Of a stretch of 64,000 bases of DNA, positions 1 to 9,496 are shown piece by piece (the stretch's first letter is position 1; each line of letters begins with the position of its first letter). Source of the stretch: Anaerolineae bacterium. Its GTDB lineage: Bacteria; Chloroflexota; Anaerolineae; J102. The notes beneath the pieces were generated by a model that was given only the letters and a program-made list of their open reading frames with translations, did no database searches and was not told the origin of the DNA. The stretch is from NCBI GenBank assembly GCA_026991225.1, contig JALXCB010000044.1, positions 6,490 through 70,489 of the forward strand, in the 5' to 3' direction. The translations under genes and the position numbers were made by a program.

Positions 1-1299
1 CTGGATGTCGACGCGGGGCGTCTTTATGTGGCCGATGGCGAGGATGGCCTGCGCATCTACGATGTGAGCCAGCCCGATGCGCCCCAGGAGATAGGCCACT
101 GGCCCGCGGTGGGCGTAAGCCGGGATGTCACGGTCGCGGGCGGATACGCCTACGTGGCCGATTTTCATCAAGGGTTGCGGGTGGTGGATGTGAGCGACGC
201 GGCCGCGGCGCAAGAGGTGGCGGCCCTGACCTGGCCGGGCCGGGTGTATGGCGTAGGCAAAGCCCTGCGGCTGCATCGCAGCGGCCAGCGATTGTATGTG
301 GCGTTGCGAGAGGATGGTCTGGCCGTGGTGGATGTCAGCGATCCCGCTTATCCCCAGCCCCTGGGCCGCTGGGGCCAGGGGGAGGATGTGCGGGATGTGA
401 CCATGACCCCTGCGGGCTTGGCCCTGGCCGACCGGAATCGCGGCGTCCATCTGCTGGATGGGAGCGATCCCGCGGCGCTCAGCCGTCTGGGCGGCTACGA
501 GACCCTGGGGTGGGTGTCGGGTGCGATCCTGACCGATGGCGAGGGCGAAGCCGCACCCTATGTCGCCGCGGGCGGGGATGTGAAATCCCTGACCTGGAGC
601 CCGGAAACAGGGTTCCACCTCGTGGGATGGATGACCACGCCCGGCGTCGCCCATGACGTGGCCCTGCTGCCCGCAGGCCACGCAACGAAACTGGCCGTGG
701 CCGATGGCCCGGTGTGGAACGGCCATGATTGGGAGCCGGGCGGCCTGCGGGTGCTGGACGCGGATTCGGGCCAGGAACTCGCCTTTTATGCCAGCCGGGC
801 TCAGGCCGTGGCCGTGACCGTGGCCGGAGAGCGGGTGTATCTGGCTGATGATGCGGACGGCGTGCATGTCTATGAGCGGGCGGGGGATGGGCTGGTGGAA
901 AGCCAATGGCTGGACTGGCCCGGACACATTCGCGACCTAGCGTTCACCTCTCGTGGGGCATGGGTGGCCCTGCCCGGCCAGGGCGTGGTGGAAACCGCGG
1001 CCGATTTGCCGCCCACGTTCCAGGCCCGCTTCCGTTATGATGGCGTGCTGCGGGTGCAGGGGCTGACCGTCAACGGCAGCCAATTGCTGGTGACGGAAAG
1101 CCTGCCCCACGGGGATCCTTTGCTGTGGGGGCGGCGCTTCCCCAGCCGCATCCACGTGCTGGATATCTCGCGTCCGGGGCAGGTTGTGAGCCAGGGCGAG
1201 GCCGCCACGCCGGGCGAAGCCCTGGACCTGACCGTGAGCCGGGGGTTCATCTTCCTGGCCGCCGGCGACGCGGGCCTGCTGGTCTACGCGCCAGAATGA
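1..1299 (+). CDS. LVIVD-repeat beta-propeller protein (5' partial, runs off window start)
   Basis: Open frame from nt 1; repeated motifs YAYVADFHQGLRVVDVSD / LYVALREDGLAVVDVSDP typical of LVIVD (PF08309) repeats. Confidence 0.7.
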   Translation: MDVDAGRLYVADGEDGLRIYDVSQPDAPQEIGHWPAVGVSRDVTVAGGYAYVADFHQGLRVVDVSDAAAAQEVAALTWPGRVYGVGKALRLHRSGQRLYVALREDGLAVVDVSDPAYPQPLGRWGQGEDVRDVTMTPAGLALADRNRGVHLLDGSDPAALSRLGGYETLGWVSGAILTDGEGEAAPYVAAGGDVKSLTWSPETGFHLVGWMTTPGVAHDVALLPAGHATKLAVADGPVWNGHDWEPGGLRVLDADSGQELAFYASRAQAVAVTVAGERVYLADDADGVHVYERAGDGLVESQWLDWPGHIRDLAFTSRGAWVALPGQGVVETAADLPPTFQARFRYDGVLRVQGLTVNGSQLLVTESLPHGDPLLWGRRFPSRIHVLDISRPGQVVSQGEAATPGEALDLTVSRGFIFLAAGDAGLLVYAPE

Positions 1300-1504
1300 A
1301 GCCGGAGGGCCAGAGGTCAGAGCTACAGAGGTCAGAGCCGCAGAAGCCAGAAGGCCAGAGTGCCAGAAGGCCAGAAAGCCAGAGGGACAGAAGGCCAGAG
1401 GCCCGGCCCCCTGAACACTGAAAACTGAACACTGAACACTCCCCCACCTCCCCTGAAACCCCCATTGACAATTAGCCATTGACCATTCCCCAAAGGAGCT
1501 TCCC
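1300..1504. repeat. intergenic cassette: (GGCCAGARG/GTCAGAGGT)n 9-mer minisatellite + CTGAACACTGA heptamer block + (CATTGACAATTAGC)n promoter-proximal repeat
   Basis: About 11 nine-mer units at 1300-1405; heptamer block 1411-1440; about 1.5 units of the TTGACA-containing 14-mer at 1465-1490. Confidence 0.8.
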
Positions 1505-2635
1505 ATGAACCGCACGCATCTCCGCCTCCTCCCTCCCCTGCTGCTAGCCGCGCTGGTGGCCCTCCTCCTGGCCGGGCTGGCCGCGGCGGGCGGACCGGGC
1601 GTCGGGCCCGCGGCCGCGCCTCCCATTCCCGAGACGAACATCACCTTCGACAGCGACGTCCTCTCCGTGGCCGTCCAGGGCAATTACGCATACGTGGGTT
1701 TGGAATCGGGCGTGGTCATCCTGGACATTACCAACCCCCTTCAGCCGGTGCGACGCGGCTTTTTGGACACCAGCGTGGGCTTCCCACCTTATGCCATTAC
1801 TTCTCCACGATACCTTCAAATTGAAGGGGATCTGCTAGTGATCTCGAATGGCTCCCTTATTGCCACAGTCGATGTGAGCGACTCTGACCATCCCACGCTT
1901 CTTTCGCCTTATCAACAGTATACGACTTATGCCGTTCCTTTTAAACTACTCAATCGCTATCTCTATATCGTTGAGACGGGGAAGTTCCATATCTTCGACC
2001 TACACGATCCCACTCAAATACAGGAAATTTATAAGCTTGATGATGAACGCCTTTTCGCTGATATAGATAGTATGGACGCAGAGACACACCCTTTAGATGG
2101 GCGTACCTATGTGTACATGGTTGGGTACTCACTTTGCTCTCCCGCTGGATGCCCTGGGGGCAATTTTTTGATGATGGATGTTACTAACCTGACCAATCCA
2201 CAGATATTACCTCAAGCTATTTCAATCATGGGGGTCTCACCAGCAATCCGAGTGGAGCAAACGTATGCCTACATCATTGATTCTGATTTGACGATTTATG
2301 ACATTTCGGATCCCTCTTCGTTCCAGCTCGCGGGTAACTATTATGAGGACAACGCAATCTTTGTGGGGCTTGAGGTGTCAAACAACAAATTGGCTACGGG
2401 GGACCAATATGGCTCCGTCCTATATCAATTCGACACCACAGATAAAGTACATCCAAAGAAAATAGCTGTTCATAGGAATGTCAACGGATACCCTGATGCA
2501 TTTTCTGTGAACAGTGACTGCGTCTTCATACCAGAAAAGGAACGAGGTCTACACATCCTTTGTGAAGCTCAGCTCCCTCCACACCCCCCCGTCCAGGTCT
2601 GGCTGCCTATGGTGCAGGCCCGGTTTGAGCGATGA
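1505..2635 (+). CDS. secreted LVIVD-repeat protein, tandem paralog 1
   Basis: Signal peptide MNRTHLRLLPPLLLAALVALLLAGLAAAGG; LVIVD-like repeats (YAYVGLESGVVILDITNP); SD AAAGGAG 8 nt upstream of ATG; conserved N- and C-termini shared with the next two genes. Confidence 0.75.
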   Translation: MNRTHLRLLPPLLLAALVALLLAGLAAAGGPGVGPAAAPPIPETNITFDSDVLSVAVQGNYAYVGLESGVVILDITNPLQPVRRGFLDTSVGFPPYAITSPRYLQIEGDLLVISNGSLIATVDVSDSDHPTLLSPYQQYTTYAVPFKLLNRYLYIVETGKFHIFDLHDPTQIQEIYKLDDERLFADIDSMDAETHPLDGRTYVYMVGYSLCSPAGCPGGNFLMMDVTNLTNPQILPQAISIMGVSPAIRVEQTYAYIIDSDLTIYDISDPSSFQLAGNYYEDNAIFVGLEVSNNKLATGDQYGSVLYQFDTTDKVHPKKIAVHRNVNGYPDAFSVNSDCVFIPEKERGLHILCEAQLPPHPPVQVWLPMVQARFER

Positions 2636-2804
2636 AGGCCGGGGCAGAGGTCAGAGGTCAGAGGCCAGAAGGCCAGAGGGCCAGAGGCCCGGCCCCCTGA
2701 ACACTGAAAACTGAACACTGAACACTCCCCCACCTCCCCTGAAACCCCCATTGACAATTAGCCATTGACAATTAGCCATTGACCATTCCCCAAAGGAGCC
2801 TCCC
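2636..2804. repeat. same intergenic cassette, second copy (about 6 nine-mer units, about 2.5 14-mer units)
   Basis: Read directly; same architecture with different unit counts. Confidence 0.8.
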
Positions 2805-3944
2805 ATGAACCGCACGCATCTCCGTTTCCTCCCTCCCCTGCTTTTGGCCGCACTGGTGGCCCTCCTCCTGGCCGGGCTGGCCGCGGCGGGCGGGCCGGGC
2901 GTCGGGCCCGCGGCCGCGCCCCGCCTCGATCCCCCCGCGCCCGTCAACATCACCTTCGACAGCGACGTTTGGAGCGTTGCAGTACAAGAGAACTATGCTT
3001 TCGTAGGACTGGAAAAGGGGGGCGTCATCATCCTCGATATCACCAATCCTCTCCGTCCCACCGTCGTGAGCACGTTCGATGATCCTGATTCCTATGGCTT
3101 GTATTATGTGGATGACCTCTTCCCCAACGGGGATATCCTGGTCATTCCAGTCGGTTCTGTCTTCTATATCGTCGATATCAGCGATATTACCCACCCGTCC
3201 TGGCTCAGTTATCGCCATCCCGCGGCTTACGAACTGAAGGCCATGGCTCTTTACGACCAGCGGGCTTACGGCCTGGGGCCGGATTCCTTCGAGATTTGGG
3301 ACCTCCAGGACCCCTCCTCGCCTCAGTTGTTGTACGGCATGCGGGATCAGTACCACCGCCTCTTTGCGGATATGCAACAGATCGCGGTCGCTCGCAACCC
3401 CGCAGATGGCCGCATCTACGCCTACATGACCGGCGAGCCCCTCTGTTTCCACGACTGCGTAGGCAATGGCCTGGTTTTCATGGATGTCACCGACCCCTCC
3501 CAGCCCCAAGTCGTCTACACTTCAAGGTGGAATGGAGTCACGCTGGCCGCCCAAGAGGAGTATCTCTATTGGAGCGATTCGGATGCCAGTTTGCAAATCC
3601 TTGGTCTTACCGACCCGCGACAACCAGAACTGTTAAGTCGCATCGATTTAGCCGATATTGGCTTTGCGATGGATAGGAAGGGGAATAGGCTTTTCCTTGC
3701 CCTGGCATACGGAGAAGATGGCCAGATCGATGTTATAGATGTGACTAACAAGACGAAGCCCACTTCCATGACAAGGTATGAAGACGTGAAACACGGGAAA
3801 AGTCTATCTCATTCGGATGAAACAGGCTGCCTGTTCGTGGCGGAGCTTAGCCGCGGCCTGCGCATCCTTTGCGACATCAACGCCAATCCGCACCCCCCCG
3901 CCCTGGTCTGGCTGCCTATGGTGCAGGCCCGGTTTGAGCGATGA
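2805..3944 (+). CDS. secreted LVIVD-repeat protein, tandem paralog 2
   Basis: Near-identical signal peptide and C-terminus VWLPMVQARFER to paralog 1; LVIVD repeats. Confidence 0.75.
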   Translation: MNRTHLRFLPPLLLAALVALLLAGLAAAGGPGVGPAAAPRLDPPAPVNITFDSDVWSVAVQENYAFVGLEKGGVIILDITNPLRPTVVSTFDDPDSYGLYYVDDLFPNGDILVIPVGSVFYIVDISDITHPSWLSYRHPAAYELKAMALYDQRAYGLGPDSFEIWDLQDPSSPQLLYGMRDQYHRLFADMQQIAVARNPADGRIYAYMTGEPLCFHDCVGNGLVFMDVTDPSQPQVVYTSRWNGVTLAAQEEYLYWSDSDASLQILGLTDPRQPELLSRIDLADIGFAMDRKGNRLFLALAYGEDGQIDVIDVTNKTKPTSMTRYEDVKHGKSLSHSDETGCLFVAELSRGLRILCDINANPHPPALVWLPMVQARFER

Positions 3945-4183
3945 AGGCAGGAAGGCCAGAGGTCAGAGGTCAGAACCACAGAGGTCAGAGGCCAGAAGGC
4001 CAAAAGGCCAGAAAGCCAGAGGGCCAGAAGGTCAGAGGCCCGGCCCCCTGAACACTGAAAACTGAACACTGAACACTCCCCCACCTCCCCTGAAACCCCC
4101 ATTGACAATTAGCCATTGACAATTAGCCATTGACAATTAGCCATTGACAATTAGCCATTGACCATTCCCCAAAGGAGCCTCCC
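3945..4183. repeat. same intergenic cassette, third copy (about 11 nine-mer units, about 4.5 14-mer units)
   Basis: CATTGACAATTAGC repeated 4 times plus a partial unit at 4100-4165. Confidence 0.8.
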
Positions 4184-5317
4184 ATGAACCGCTCGCATCT
4201 CCGTTTCCTCCCTCCCCTGCTGCTGGCCGCACTGGTGGCCCTCCTCCTGGCCGGGCTGGCCGCGGCGGGCGGGCCGGGCGTCGGGCCTGCGGCCGTCCCC
4301 CGCCTGGATCCCCCCGCGCCCGTCAACATCACCTTCGACAGCGACGTCCTTTCCGTGGCCGTCCAGGGCGATTACGCGTATGTGGGTTTGGAAAAAGCAG
4401 GCGTAGCCGTTCTTGACATTTCCGATCCCTTGCACCCCATTATCATAAGCACCTTCGATGATCCCGATCCTTCCGGGCTGAATTATGTGGATGAGCTCAT
4501 TCCCAATGGGGATATCCTGATCATTCCCTATGGCTCTGTCTTTTACGTCGTCGATATCAGCGACCCCGCTCATCCCGCCTGGCTCAGTTATAGTCATGAT
4601 GCGGCTTACGAACTGAAGGCCATGGCCCTTTACGACCAGCGGGCTTACGGCCTGGGACCGGACTCCTTCGAGATTTGGGACCTCCAGGACCCCTCCTCGC
4701 CCCAGTTGTTGTACAGCATGCGGGATCAGTACCACCGCCTCTTTTCGGATATGCAGCAGATCGCGGTCGCCCGCAACCCCGCAGATGGCCGCATCTACGC
4801 CTACATGACCGGCGAGCCCCTCTGTTTCCACGACTGCATAGGCAATGGCCTGGTTTTCGTGGATGTGACCGACCCCTCCCAGCCCCAAGTCGTCTACACT
4901 TCAAGGTGGAATGGAGTCACGCTGGCCGCCCAAGAGGAGTATCTCTATTGGAGCGATTCGGATGCCAGTTTGCAAATCCTTGGTCTTACCGACCCGCGAC
5001 AACCAGAACTGTTAAGTCGCATCGATTTAGCCGATATTGGCTTTGCGATGGATAGGAAGGGGAATAGGCTTTTCCTTGCCCTGGCATACGGAGAAGATGG
5101 CCAGATCGATGTTATAGATGTGACTAACAAGACGAAGCCCACTTCCATGACAAGGTATGAAGACGTGAAACACGGGAAAAGTCTATCTCATTCGGATGAA
5201 ACAGGCTGCCTGTTCGTGGCGGAGCTTAGCCGCGGCCTGCGCATCCTTTGCGACATCAACGCCAATCCCCAACCCCCCGCCCAGGTCTGGCTGCCCCTAA
5301 TTGGAATCCAGGGATAG
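4184..5317 (+). CDS. secreted LVIVD-repeat protein, tandem paralog 3
   Basis: Same signal peptide; 3' two-thirds almost identical at DNA level to paralog 2 (3296-3944 vs 4675-5270). Confidence 0.75.
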   Translation: MNRSHLRFLPPLLLAALVALLLAGLAAAGGPGVGPAAVPRLDPPAPVNITFDSDVLSVAVQGDYAYVGLEKAGVAVLDISDPLHPIIISTFDDPDPSGLNYVDELIPNGDILIIPYGSVFYVVDISDPAHPAWLSYSHDAAYELKAMALYDQRAYGLGPDSFEIWDLQDPSSPQLLYSMRDQYHRLFSDMQQIAVARNPADGRIYAYMTGEPLCFHDCIGNGLVFVDVTDPSQPQVVYTSRWNGVTLAAQEEYLYWSDSDASLQILGLTDPRQPELLSRIDLADIGFAMDRKGNRLFLALAYGEDGQIDVIDVTNKTKPTSMTRYEDVKHGKSLSHSDETGCLFVAELSRGLRILCDINANPQPPAQVWLPLIGIQG

Positions 5318-5340
5318 CTCATTCTGCCATCAGGAGGTGC

Positions 5341-8300
5341 ATGGTGAACGTCATCCGACAACGTTTGCTCATGGTCATTATGTTGGTCGCGTTGGCAGGC
5401 ATTTTGCTTCATGTGACCGCCAGGTCCAGCGATCTCGCCGTGGCCAGGAACCAGGCCGCGACGCCGCCGACCGCAACCACGCAGCCCAAGCTGAAGGAAT
5501 TCCTCGATGAAGCGCCTTTTCCTCGAATTTATGCTTTCTATCACAACGCGACATCCTGTGTTTCTGGGGGCCAAAAGGCATACTTTGTTGACCAGATGAA
5601 GTATGTCAATGTGGCGGAACTGCACTATCAGTTGGGCGGCGCCAAAACCGAATCCAGTTGGTGGAGATATCGATATTCGAAAATCGATGTCAATGACAAT
5701 GGCAATTGCGATGACCCGGATGACATGCGTGTCGTCGACTGGTTGGAAAAGCAATGGAGAGATATGCCCGCTAACGCCCACGGCGTCTCAATTCCCCACT
5801 ATCAACTGGCGTTTCTGCCTCTTTGGTATTTCAAAGAGGATGATGCCAGTGGTTTCGACGTTATGCACCGCAGAACCATCGATGACTGTGACGCTGCTTA
5901 CACCTTCATTCCTACACCCACCCCTACCCCCACGAATGCAACGCCTCCAACCCCTGGAGGACCGCCCACGTCCACGCCAGTACCCACCGCAACCCCTGAC
6001 GCTGACTATCTTGAGAAACAGGTCTGGGCCTTGCACGCAGCAACGAATGGCGATGTCATGAGATGGCGGGATGGCGCCAATTTGGCGTTAATCAACGTTT
6101 ACGCAGGCACGCCCATTGCGACTTCGGTGGTCATCCGTTGCGACACCCGCATTACCGAAGGACTGATCCCGGCAGAAACACCGGCGCCGCGCACCTATCA
6201 CGAATGGATGCCACTGTGGGTGGATGCCCGCATCGGCGAAACGCAGTTGGATAACGACCCAAATGAAATCAATCCATGGGATGGCATCCGCATCGACTCT
6301 CAGGCCAATCTCTTCTCCTGGGCCAGGCAAGCGGATTTCGATCTCGATGGACATCTCGATATACGGAAAGAAGAGAGTGGTGGATATGACGACAAGAATG
6401 ATACAGCTTTTGGGCGCCATTATCTCGATGATCTCTATCAGCAGGGAGTGGACAAGCTATTCCAAAACATCTATCAATATCATCCTGGCGAATGGCTCAT
6501 GGGAGGCAATGACGCCTGGCATCCCAATGGGAGCAGCCCCGATGACCCCTCTGGCTTTGGCGAACTGCCTAACATGCATTTCACTATCGCTGAAAACTGG
6601 ACGAAGGATTGGGGGAGTAATGGGCAGTACCATTTTATGCGCTGGCCCAATCCCGATGACGGAGGTTATTCTTCCAACGTAACATTCAGCAAAGCCGTTC
6701 GCATCTGGGACAACTGGGCCCATCACGGAAACGGTCGCAAAGGCTATGTCATTCTATCGAAATGTGACGATGCAGCGAATGATTGCTTGTCCCTTCCCAG
6801 CCAGACCGATGAGACAACCTATGGCTGGGATGATATGCACCGGGAATTCCGCTTCAGCCTGGCTGCGGCGCTGATGCTGGATGCATATCATGCGTTTACG
6901 GGCGCGGGCTATGACATGACGCCCTACTGGTACGACGAGTACGCGGTCATTTGGGATGACAGCAAAGCCCAAGCCGCCCGCACCAACGATGAAAAAGCCA
7001 AAGGCATTGGCTGGCTGGGATATCCGATTTCTGCTCCTTTAGAAGTGGACAGTAGCGGACATGTAACGGGTGTCAACTTGTGTTCGGCAATTGATGGCTG
7101 GCGCAAGGCAACGCCTACTCCCACGCCCGCTCCCGGTGAGACTCCGACACCTAAACCTGCAACAGCCTGGATTCGTTACTTCGAGCATGGCGTGGCCATT
7201 TTGAATCCATCCTCCAATGATATTACAGTGGAGTTGGACCCAAACACGACATATTACCGTATTCAGTGTTCCAGTGGAGGCGGCTCAACGGTTAACGCCG
7301 AGGTTGATTGCCACACCAATAACGGCCAGCCAGTGGACAACCATCAGGTGACGGTTGAGGCGCACGATGGTCTGCTCTTGTATGGCGAAGCGAATCAAAC
7401 GGATAAAATCGCCATTAGCGCATCGCAATATGACATCCAATATTGGGAGGGGCCGGAGTTATTGATCGATGACCGGGGCGAACAAACATGGCAATGGGGC
7501 AATAGAACGGACGAGACCAGTCCCACCATCAGCATCGCGAACGATGAACTGCGCGAGGTGGTTTCCGGCAGGTTGATTTTTCACATCAACGACCCCGATT
7601 TGCAAATGGATATCAAAAATGGAGACATTGTCGACGCCTTTTTGAGCTTACGAACAGATGCCAATCTCAATGACGCATCCATGTGGCTTATCGCTCAAAA
7701 ATCCGCCGAAGACGCTGAGGAGAATTTTCAGAAAATCTTATGGATTGATCCCAATCTGCAGGGACAGGGATGGCATCGCTCACCATCATTGCGAGAGGCT
7801 TTGATCGAGCTTGCCGACCAATCTGGATGGAATGGTCATGTCGAATTTTTCCTTGTTCCCACAGCCTTCAACCACCAATTGGTCTTCGACGCTTACGATA
7901 AAGCAGTGACGAACGCCCCTACACTGGTGATTCTCCGGAAAAAAGTGAGAAGCACCCCATGCGTTACGGAGAATACAACGGGGCCTTATCAGGCCACCTA
8001 CCAACACGGCGTCAACGGCTACTATGGCGGCGAGGACACTTACATCGTCACCACCGACTGGGAGCCCCCCACCACCCACGACACCTTCCCCGCGCTCTAC
8101 ATCCGCGTCAACTACCCCAACGAGCAAATTCACTCCTCCCTCATCCGTTTCAACAACGCCACGCTCCCCGCCGGTGCGGAGATCGTCAAGGCCCAGCTCG
8201 ACATGTTCTACGCTGGGCAATCGGTCAATGGCGGCGACCTCACCGCCTATGTGGCCTACACCAAAGAGCCCTGGAAAGCCTCCGAGACCACCTGGGTCAA

Positions 8301-8574
8301 CTTCCAGACTTCCCTCTACTGGAATGCTACAGGCGTGAAGGGCGTGGACGACCGGGATCCCCACGTCTATGTCCTGCCCGTCAACTACCAGCAAGTGGGC
8401 AACTGGCTCAGCTTCAACGTCACCCAGGTGGTGAAGGACACGCCGGGGGATGATTACGATTTCTTCTTCTACGGCTCCTTCGACGGCGTCAACAAGAACA
8501 TCTACTTCCATTCCAACGACTACTGGAAGGCGAGCGAGCGGCCCAAGCTCACCATCTGGTATCGGATGCCGTAA
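5341..8574 (+). CDS. large N-terminally anchored extracellular protein of unknown function with Pro/Thr-rich linkers (possibly carbohydrate-active)
   Basis: ATG at 5341 preceded by AGGAGG; N-terminal TM helix; PTPTPTPTNATPPTPGG and TPTPTPAPGETPTPKP linkers; no family recognised by eye. ORF-track start at 5248 overlaps the upstream gene and is less likely. Confidence 0.6.
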   Translation: MVNVIRQRLLMVIMLVALAGILLHVTARSSDLAVARNQAATPPTATTQPKLKEFLDEAPFPRIYAFYHNATSCVSGGQKAYFVDQMKYVNVAELHYQLGGAKTESSWWRYRYSKIDVNDNGNCDDPDDMRVVDWLEKQWRDMPANAHGVSIPHYQLAFLPLWYFKEDDASGFDVMHRRTIDDCDAAYTFIPTPTPTPTNATPPTPGGPPTSTPVPTATPDADYLEKQVWALHAATNGDVMRWRDGANLALINVYAGTPIATSVVIRCDTRITEGLIPAETPAPRTYHEWMPLWVDARIGETQLDNDPNEINPWDGIRIDSQANLFSWARQADFDLDGHLDIRKEESGGYDDKNDTAFGRHYLDDLYQQGVDKLFQNIYQYHPGEWLMGGNDAWHPNGSSPDDPSGFGELPNMHFTIAENWTKDWGSNGQYHFMRWPNPDDGGYSSNVTFSKAVRIWDNWAHHGNGRKGYVILSKCDDAANDCLSLPSQTDETTYGWDDMHREFRFSLAAALMLDAYHAFTGAGYDMTPYWYDEYAVIWDDSKAQAARTNDEKAKGIGWLGYPISAPLEVDSSGHVTGVNLCSAIDGWRKATPTPTPAPGETPTPKPATAWIRYFEHGVAILNPSSNDITVELDPNTTYYRIQCSSGGGSTVNAEVDCHTNNGQPVDNHQVTVEAHDGLLLYGEANQTDKIAISASQYDIQYWEGPELLIDDRGEQTWQWGNRTDETSPTISIANDELREVVSGRLIFHINDPDLQMDIKNGDIVDAFLSLRTDANLNDASMWLIAQKSAEDAEENFQKILWIDPNLQGQGWHRSPSLREALIELADQSGWNGHVEFFLVPTAFNHQLVFDAYDKAVTNAPTLVILRKKVRSTPCVTENTTGPYQATYQHGVNGYYGGEDTYIVTTDWEPPTTHDTFPALYIRVNYPNEQIHSSLIRFNNATLPAGAEIVKAQLDMFYAGQSVNGGDLTAYVAYTKEPWKASETTWVNFQTSLYWNATGVKGVDDRDPHVYVLPVNYQQVGNWLSFNVTQVVKDTPGDDYDFFFYGSFDGVNKNIYFHSNDYWKASERPKLTIWYRMP

Positions 8575-8595
8575 AAACGCCTGTTGCGAGGTAAC

Positions 8596-8735
8596 TACCT
8601 TGACAATGTCACATTACGTCATTCCGAGGGAGCGAAGCGACCGAGGAATCTAGCCCGCAGGGCGCTTCGCTAGATTCCTCCGCCCTTCGGTCGTCGGAAT
8701 GACGTGCTTGGAGGTAATTTGACATTGTCGAACTA
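8596..8735. repeat. large imperfect palindrome / stem-loop downstream of the 1108-aa gene
   Basis: Arms GGTAACTACCTTGACAATGTCACATTACGTCATTCCG and its imperfect reverse complement flank an internally palindromic loop (GAGGAATCTAGC...GCTAGATTCCTC). Confidence 0.6.
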
Positions 8736-8744
8736 CTCAGGTGT

Positions 8745-8949
8745 CGCCACCACTTTTTGCCGCGAAGACACGAAGGAAACGAGGGCGCAAAGTCATCCAA
8801 AAAAGGTAACTGCTAAGGTAGTTGGCCCCAATCGCCCCTTTTTTGCCACGAAGACACGAAGGAAACGAAGGCGCGAAGTCATTCAAAAAAGATTTTATCC
8901 GTGTTTCCTCGTATCCGTGTCGAGTGAACAGGGCTACGTTAGCAGTTAT
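8745..8949. mobile_element. MITE-A variant copy (8806-8949) preceded by a partial tandem half-copy (8745-8805)
   Basis: GTAACTGCTAAGGT ... ACGTTAGCAGTTAT; internal sequence matches the outer element at 24178; lies between convergent gene ends. Confidence 0.7.
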
Positions 8950-8953
8950 AGTT

Positions 8954-9496
8954 TCATGTTGCTGACTGCGCGCCATAATGAAACGCGCCGGGAAAATCTT
9001 CGGCAACTTGTTTCTGCTTGCCGATCCACGTTTCGATATCGAGACGAATCACGGCTGTGATCTTCAGGTCTTCGGGTTGGGCGGGAAGGTAATCCGCGTC
9101 TGGTTGCAAATGGGGCGCGTACTTGTCCATGATCATCTGCAAGGCCCGTGCCGCTTCCTCCCCCTCCACCAGGCTCGCCCGCCCGAACAGCATGACGCTG
9201 GCGTATTCCACGCTGAAATTCAGCGCCCGTTTCGCGGGCAGCAACCGGCCCATGCGGAAGACCGTGGCCGACGCCTTGGGATGGTTCCGGGCCAGCGCCG
9301 CGGTGCGCCCCTGGTTGGTGGCGTGGATGTACACCACGCGCCGGGCTTCGTCAAAGGCATACAGCGTGGGGAAGAGAAAGGGCTGATCGTCCTGGCAAAA
9401 GCCCAGCGTGATCACGGCTTCCTCACGCAAAAAATCGGTGATCCAGGCGTCATCGGTGATGGCCCGGTCCTTGCGTCGAATGTTGGTCAGACTCAT
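8954..9496 (-). CDS. pyridoxamine 5'-phosphate oxidase-family FMN-binding protein
   Basis: ~180 aa [33 protein letters not shown]...; PNPOx-like split-barrel pattern; start ATG overlaps pdxT stop (ATGA). Confidence 0.7.
   Translation of the reverse strand: MSLTNIRRKDRAITDDAWITDFLREEAVITLGFCQDDQPFLFPTLYAFDEARRVVYIHATNQGRTAALARNHPKASATVFRMGRLLPAKRALNFSVEYASVMLFGRASLVEGEEAARALQMIMDKYAPHLQPDADYLPAQPEDLKITAVIRLDIETWIGKQKQVAEDFPGAFHYGAQSAT

Noticed and set aside
1247-1471. ORFs MSMGVSGEVGECSVFSFQCSGGRASG... on the minus strand (also 2569-2757, 3809-4108), plus plus-strand RSEPQKPEGQ... ORFs
   Set aside because: Translations of the minisatellite / heptamer intergenic cassette, not genes.
1300-4183. 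Possible CRISPR array, because of regularly spaced short direct repeats
   Set aside because: Repeat units are 9-14 bp, tandem with no unique spacers, and lie between paralogous genes. They are minisatellites, not CRISPR; no cas genes are present.
5248-5340. ORF-track start of the large protein at 5248 (MRHQRQSPTPRPG...)
   Set aside because: It overlaps the upstream LVIVD gene by 70 nt and lacks an SD. ATG 5341 has a canonical AGGAGG and begins the hydrophobic anchor.
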